DNA from: Pseudomonas aeruginosa
GTDB lineage: Bacteria; Pseudomonadota; Gammaproteobacteria; Pseudomonadales; Pseudomonadaceae
Reading direction: 5' to 3'
DNA: 32,000 bases
NCBI RefSeq assembly: GCF_001457615.1
Contig: NZ_LN831024.1
Location: 3,450,001 to 3,482,000, forward strand
A program made the translations under genes and the position numbers. Below, in pieces: positions 28,845 through 32,000 of the stretch. The notes beneath the pieces are model-generated. The model saw only the letters and a list, made by a program, of their open reading frames with translations, had not been told where the DNA came from and did no database searches. Every line of letters begins with the position of its first letter. The stretch's first letter is position 1.

Positions 28845-28862
28845 ACTGCCAGATCTGGCAGT
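28845..28862. promoter_or_regulatory. Perfect 18-bp las/rhl-box palindrome upstream of acyl carrier protein gene
   Basis: ACTGCCAGATCTGGCAGT; core CTGCCAGATCTGGCAG is CT-N12-AG with perfect dyad symmetry, about 70 bp upstream of the start at 28774. Confidence 0.88.
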
Positions 28863-28941
28863 GGCGCTGCGCTGGAGCGCGGCCGCCGCAGCGCGCCGGA
28901 CAATCCGGTGGACGGAGCGCGACGCGAGGATTCGAAGTCCG

Positions 28942-31272
28942 TCACAGGGCGCTTCCCGGCGTATGCGCAATCACCCGCGCCTTCGCTCGCGGCAGGCTTT
29001 CGGGCAGTTCCGCCAGGGCCCGGCGTGCCTGCTCCGGGTCGAGGTAGTCGCCCCGTTCCACCGCGAACAGCTCCTGGCCATCGCGCAGTTCGCGGCGCAA
29101 ACGCAACGACAGACCCGGATGCCGCTCGATCAGCGCGCGCATGAAGGCTTCGCTGCTGCCCTCGACCAATCGCACGGCGTAGCGCTGGGGTGACGGCGGC
29201 TGCGGCGCGTGCGTGCCCTGGCGAACCTCCGGTACCTCGCCGCCGCGACCGTCGCCCAGGGACGCCGGGTCCGCCAGGCGCGGCTTCTCCATCAGCACCG
29301 GGGCTGGAGCCGGATAGCTGCGCGGCGAGCCAATAGGTGCCGGTGCGACCTGGGCGGCGGGACGCAGGTCGATGGCGCCGGCATCCTCAAACAGCGGGCG
29401 CGCCGGTTCGCCGGCGACACCGCGCAGCAACTGGATGGAACGGTAACGGCCATGGCTGATGCGCTCCAGGCCGGCGGCATCGCGGACGATGCTCGGGCGC
29501 AGGAAGACCATCAGGTTGCGCTTCACCCGGGTCTCGCGGGACGAGCGGAACAGCCGGCCGACGCCGGGGATGTCGCCCAGCAGCGGTACCCGCGAATCGC
29601 TGCGCAGCAGGTCGTCCTGGATCAGTCCGCCGAGGACGATGACCTGGCCGTCGTCGGCCAGTACGGTGCTCTTGATCGAGCGCTTGTTGGTCACCAGGTC
29701 CACCGCCTTCGCCGCCAGGGTGGCGGTTGGCGCGATGGAGGATATTTCCTGCTCGATCTCCAGGCGCAGCATGCGGTCCTCGCCGATGTGCGGCGTGACC
29801 TTGAGGGTCACCCCGATATCCTTGCGCTCGACAGTGGTGAACGGATTGCTCGAACCGCTGGCGCTGGTGGTGTAGCTGCCGGTCTGGAACGGCACGTTCT
29901 GGCCGACCAGGATTTCCGCCTTCTGGTTGTCCAGGGTCAGCAGGCTCGGCGTCGACAGCAGGTTGCTGCGGCTATTGCGGCTCAGCGCGGTGACCAGCGC
30001 GCCGAAATCGCGACTGCCGAGGCCGACTATCGCACCGTCGGGCAGCTCTGCCGGCGGCTTGCCGGCCTGCAACGCGCCCAGCAGGGTGCCGATGGACAAC
30101 CCGCTGTCGGCGAAGCCAGCGCCGCCGGCGACATGCCCGCTACGCAGCGCCCATTGCACCCCGAGGGCGTCGCCGATCTCGCCGGACAGCTCGACGATCG
30201 CCGCCTCCACCAGCAGTTGCGCGCGCGGCACGTCGAGCTGGCGGACGATGTCCTCGAGCAGGCCGACATCCTCCGGGTCGGCGAGGATCACCAGGGCATT
30301 CAGCGATTCGTCGGCGCGCACCAGCAGGCCGCGCTTGCCGCTTCCCCGGCCATCCTGGCCTCGCTCGCCGTGCAGCGATTCGCCGATCTCCCCGAGGGTG
30401 GCGGCAAGGGTCTTGGCGTCGCCATGGCGCAGGCGGATCACCCGGCTGTTCGCCGACCGCGACGAGGGGACGTCGAGCGACTGCGCCAGCCGCAGCAAGC
30501 GCGCTCGCGCCTGCGGCGGACCGAGCAGGACCAGGCGGTTGCTGCGGCTGTCGGCAAGGACCTGGACGGTGGCGGCGCTCTTCCCGGCGGCCGGGGTGAC
30601 GCTGCGATCGAGCACCTCGGCGATTTCCGCGACCCAGGCATGGCGCATGTCGTAGATGCTGTAGTCATGTTCGCCGGCCCGGTCGAGGCTGCGCACGATC
30701 GCCTCGATGCGCTCGATGTTGGCGCGGCGGTCGCTGACGATCAGCGCGTTGGCCGACGGTACGGCGGCCAGATGGCCATGGGCCGGGACCAGCGGCCGGA
30801 TCATCGGGATCAGTTCCGCCACCGAGGTCTGCTGCGCCTGGACCACCCGCGTCTCCAGGCTGCCCGGCCCATCGCGGACGGTCTTCTGCGCGGCGTCCTG
30901 GCGTGCCTCCATGTTCGGCACGATACGCGCCTGGTCGCCCTGCGGCAGCACCGCGTAGCCGTGGGTGGCGAGCACCGAAAGGAATAGTTGGTAGACCTCC
31001 GCCAGGCTGAGCCGCGCCTGGGATACCACCGTGACCCGCCCCTTCACCCGCGGATCGACGACGAAGGTCTGGCCGCTGATGCTCGATACCTGCTCGATGA
31101 AGTCGCCGATCTCGGCATCCTTCATGTTGATCGTCCACTGCTCTTCCTCTTGCGCGGCGGCAGTCTCGGCAGGTGCCGGATGGACCGGCGGCGCCAGGCC
31201 GAGGACGGCCAGCGACAGGACCAGGAACAGCGGAGACAGGCGCTGGGCGGAACGGGTACTACAACGTGGCAT
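28942..31272 (-). CDS. xqhA: Type II secretion secretin (XcpQ homologue)
   Basis: 776 aa from [15 protein letters not shown]; N-domain and secretin-domain sequences ([66 protein letters not shown]). Confidence 0.95.
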   Translation of the reverse strand: MPRCSTRSAQRLSPLFLVLSLAVLGLAPPVHPAPAETAAAQEEEQWTINMKDAEIGDFIEQVSSISGQTFVVDPRVKGRVTVVSQARLSLAEVYQLFLSVLATHGYAVLPQGDQARIVPNMEARQDAAQKTVRDGPGSLETRVVQAQQTSVAELIPMIRPLVPAHGHLAAVPSANALIVSDRRANIERIEAIVRSLDRAGEHDYSIYDMRHAWVAEIAEVLDRSVTPAAGKSAATVQVLADSRSNRLVLLGPPQARARLLRLAQSLDVPSSRSANSRVIRLRHGDAKTLAATLGEIGESLHGERGQDGRGSGKRGLLVRADESLNALVILADPEDVGLLEDIVRQLDVPRAQLLVEAAIVELSGEIGDALGVQWALRSGHVAGGAGFADSGLSIGTLLGALQAGKPPAELPDGAIVGLGSRDFGALVTALSRNSRSNLLSTPSLLTLDNQKAEILVGQNVPFQTGSYTTSASGSSNPFTTVERKDIGVTLKVTPHIGEDRMLRLEIEQEISSIAPTATLAAKAVDLVTNKRSIKSTVLADDGQVIVLGGLIQDDLLRSDSRVPLLGDIPGVGRLFRSSRETRVKRNLMVFLRPSIVRDAAGLERISHGRYRSIQLLRGVAGEPARPLFEDAGAIDLRPAAQVAPAPIGSPRSYPAPAPVLMEKPRLADPASLGDGRGGEVPEVRQGTHAPQPPSPQRYAVRLVEGSSEAFMRALIERHPGLSLRLRRELRDGQELFAVERGDYLDPEQARRALAELPESLPRAKARVIAHTPGSAL

Positions 31273-31750
31273 GGGTGGTTTCTGCCCCTTCGGCTTTGGG
31301 GAAATACAGACGTTCTTCATAACCCTGGTCGCGCAGCACCACATGGTCGCGATGAACCGCCAGCAGCACGGTGCCGGGGCGCACTTCGGCGCCCGGCAGG
31401 AAGCGCTGCGAGCGCCCGGCCACCGCGATCAGCGCCGCCGAGCGGTCCTCGCGACGCGCCAGGAAGCAGGCCAGCAGGCGCAATTGCAGACGCTCGCCCG
31501 CCGTCGCGCCGCGCGGCGACGGAGCGCCACCGAACAAGCCGGCTAACGCCGCGCGCGGGGCCGCTGAAGGGTTGGCTGGCGGCGCCGGGGCCGCTGCGGC
31601 GGGCAATTCCGCCAGCTCGCGGCGCAGCGAGCGCGTCTGGCTGGCCAGGCTGGCGCTGAGCAACGCCAGCAGCAGCACGCAAAGCACAGCGGGCGCATGC
31701 CCGGCCAGGCTGCGCAGGGAAACGAAAGACGATGGAAGGTGACGCGACAT
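31259..31750 (-). CDS. xphA: Type II secretion XcpP/GspC-like protein
   Basis: 163 aa from MSRHLPSSFVSLRS; one N-terminal TM then GspC homology-region-like sequence (LRLLACFLARREDRSAALIAVAGRSQRFLPGAEVRPGTVLLAVHRDHVVLRDQGYEERLYF); overlaps xqhA start by 14 bp. Confidence 0.9.
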   Translation of the reverse strand: MSRHLPSSFVSLRSLAGHAPAVLCVLLLALLSASLASQTRSLRRELAELPAAAAPAPPANPSAAPRAALAGLFGGAPSPRGATAGERLQLRLLACFLARREDRSAALIAVAGRSQRFLPGAEVRPGTVLLAVHRDHVVLRDQGYEERLYFPKAEGAETTHATL

Positions 31751-31927
31751 GCAGCAGGCGGATTCCGGCAAACGGGCGCGCTGCATCGACGCGGCTCGCC
31801 CAGGGGCGGCGAGCATAAGGGATGGGGCTGCGGCCTACGGCCGCGAAAGGGCAAAACTGTTAAGGCTGCCCGCTTTGATCCTTCGTGGCGGGAACTGGCC
31901 CACAAAACGCCAGGCGCGGGAAAGGCC

Positions 31928-32000
31928 TCAGCGCTTGCCCATCGAACGACGGGTACCGCGCGGCGCCATGCCGGGACGCTGGCCCTTGTCGTGGATCTTC
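31928..32000 (-). CDS. C-terminal end of an unidentified ORF, truncated by window edge
   Basis: Minus strand reads ...KIHDKGQRPGMAPRGTRRSMGKR*, basic tail; too short for assignment. Confidence 0.45.
   Translation of the reverse strand, partial: KIHDKGQRPGMAPRGTRRSMGKR

Overview
The whole window reads as Pseudomonas aeruginosa chromosome: high GC, dense coding, gene order matching my recollection of the PAO1 PA1888-PA1867 neighbourhood, presented here in reversed orientation. Main contents, left to right: (1) a translationally coupled pair of exported proteins, an alpha/beta-hydrolase lipoprotein and a PLA2-like protein; (2) polB (DNA polymerase II); (3) a GNAT acetyltransferase divergent from an XRE-cupin regulator, with a perfect 14-bp palindrome between them; (4) an orphan NuoA-like gene downstream of a Gdx/SugE-type SMR exporter, preceded by a clear guanidine-II (mini-ykkC) riboswitch; (5) a Tat-exported two-subunit molybdenum oxidoreductase; (6) an XRE regulator and an HD hydrolase; (7) a complete type I secretion/adhesin operon (HlyD-like, ABC exporter, TolC-like OMP, ~2.7-kaa BapA-like adhesin) with 21 in-register 82-aa repeats showing a higher-order 3-unit (738-bp) periodicity; (8) a CorA/ZntB-like transporter and an EcsC-family protein; (9) lasA; (10) a small acidic protein and an atypical acyl carrier protein with a perfect las/rhl-type palindrome upstream; (11) the orphan type II secretion pair xphA/xqhA. 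There is no sign of phage, IS, CRISPR, tRNA or rRNA. The best candidates for a second look are the guanidine riboswitch driving gdx plus a nuoA paralogue, the hydrolase/PLA2-like exported pair, and the super-repeat structure of the giant adhesin. Locus tags and PAO1 lengths are from memory and should be verified.
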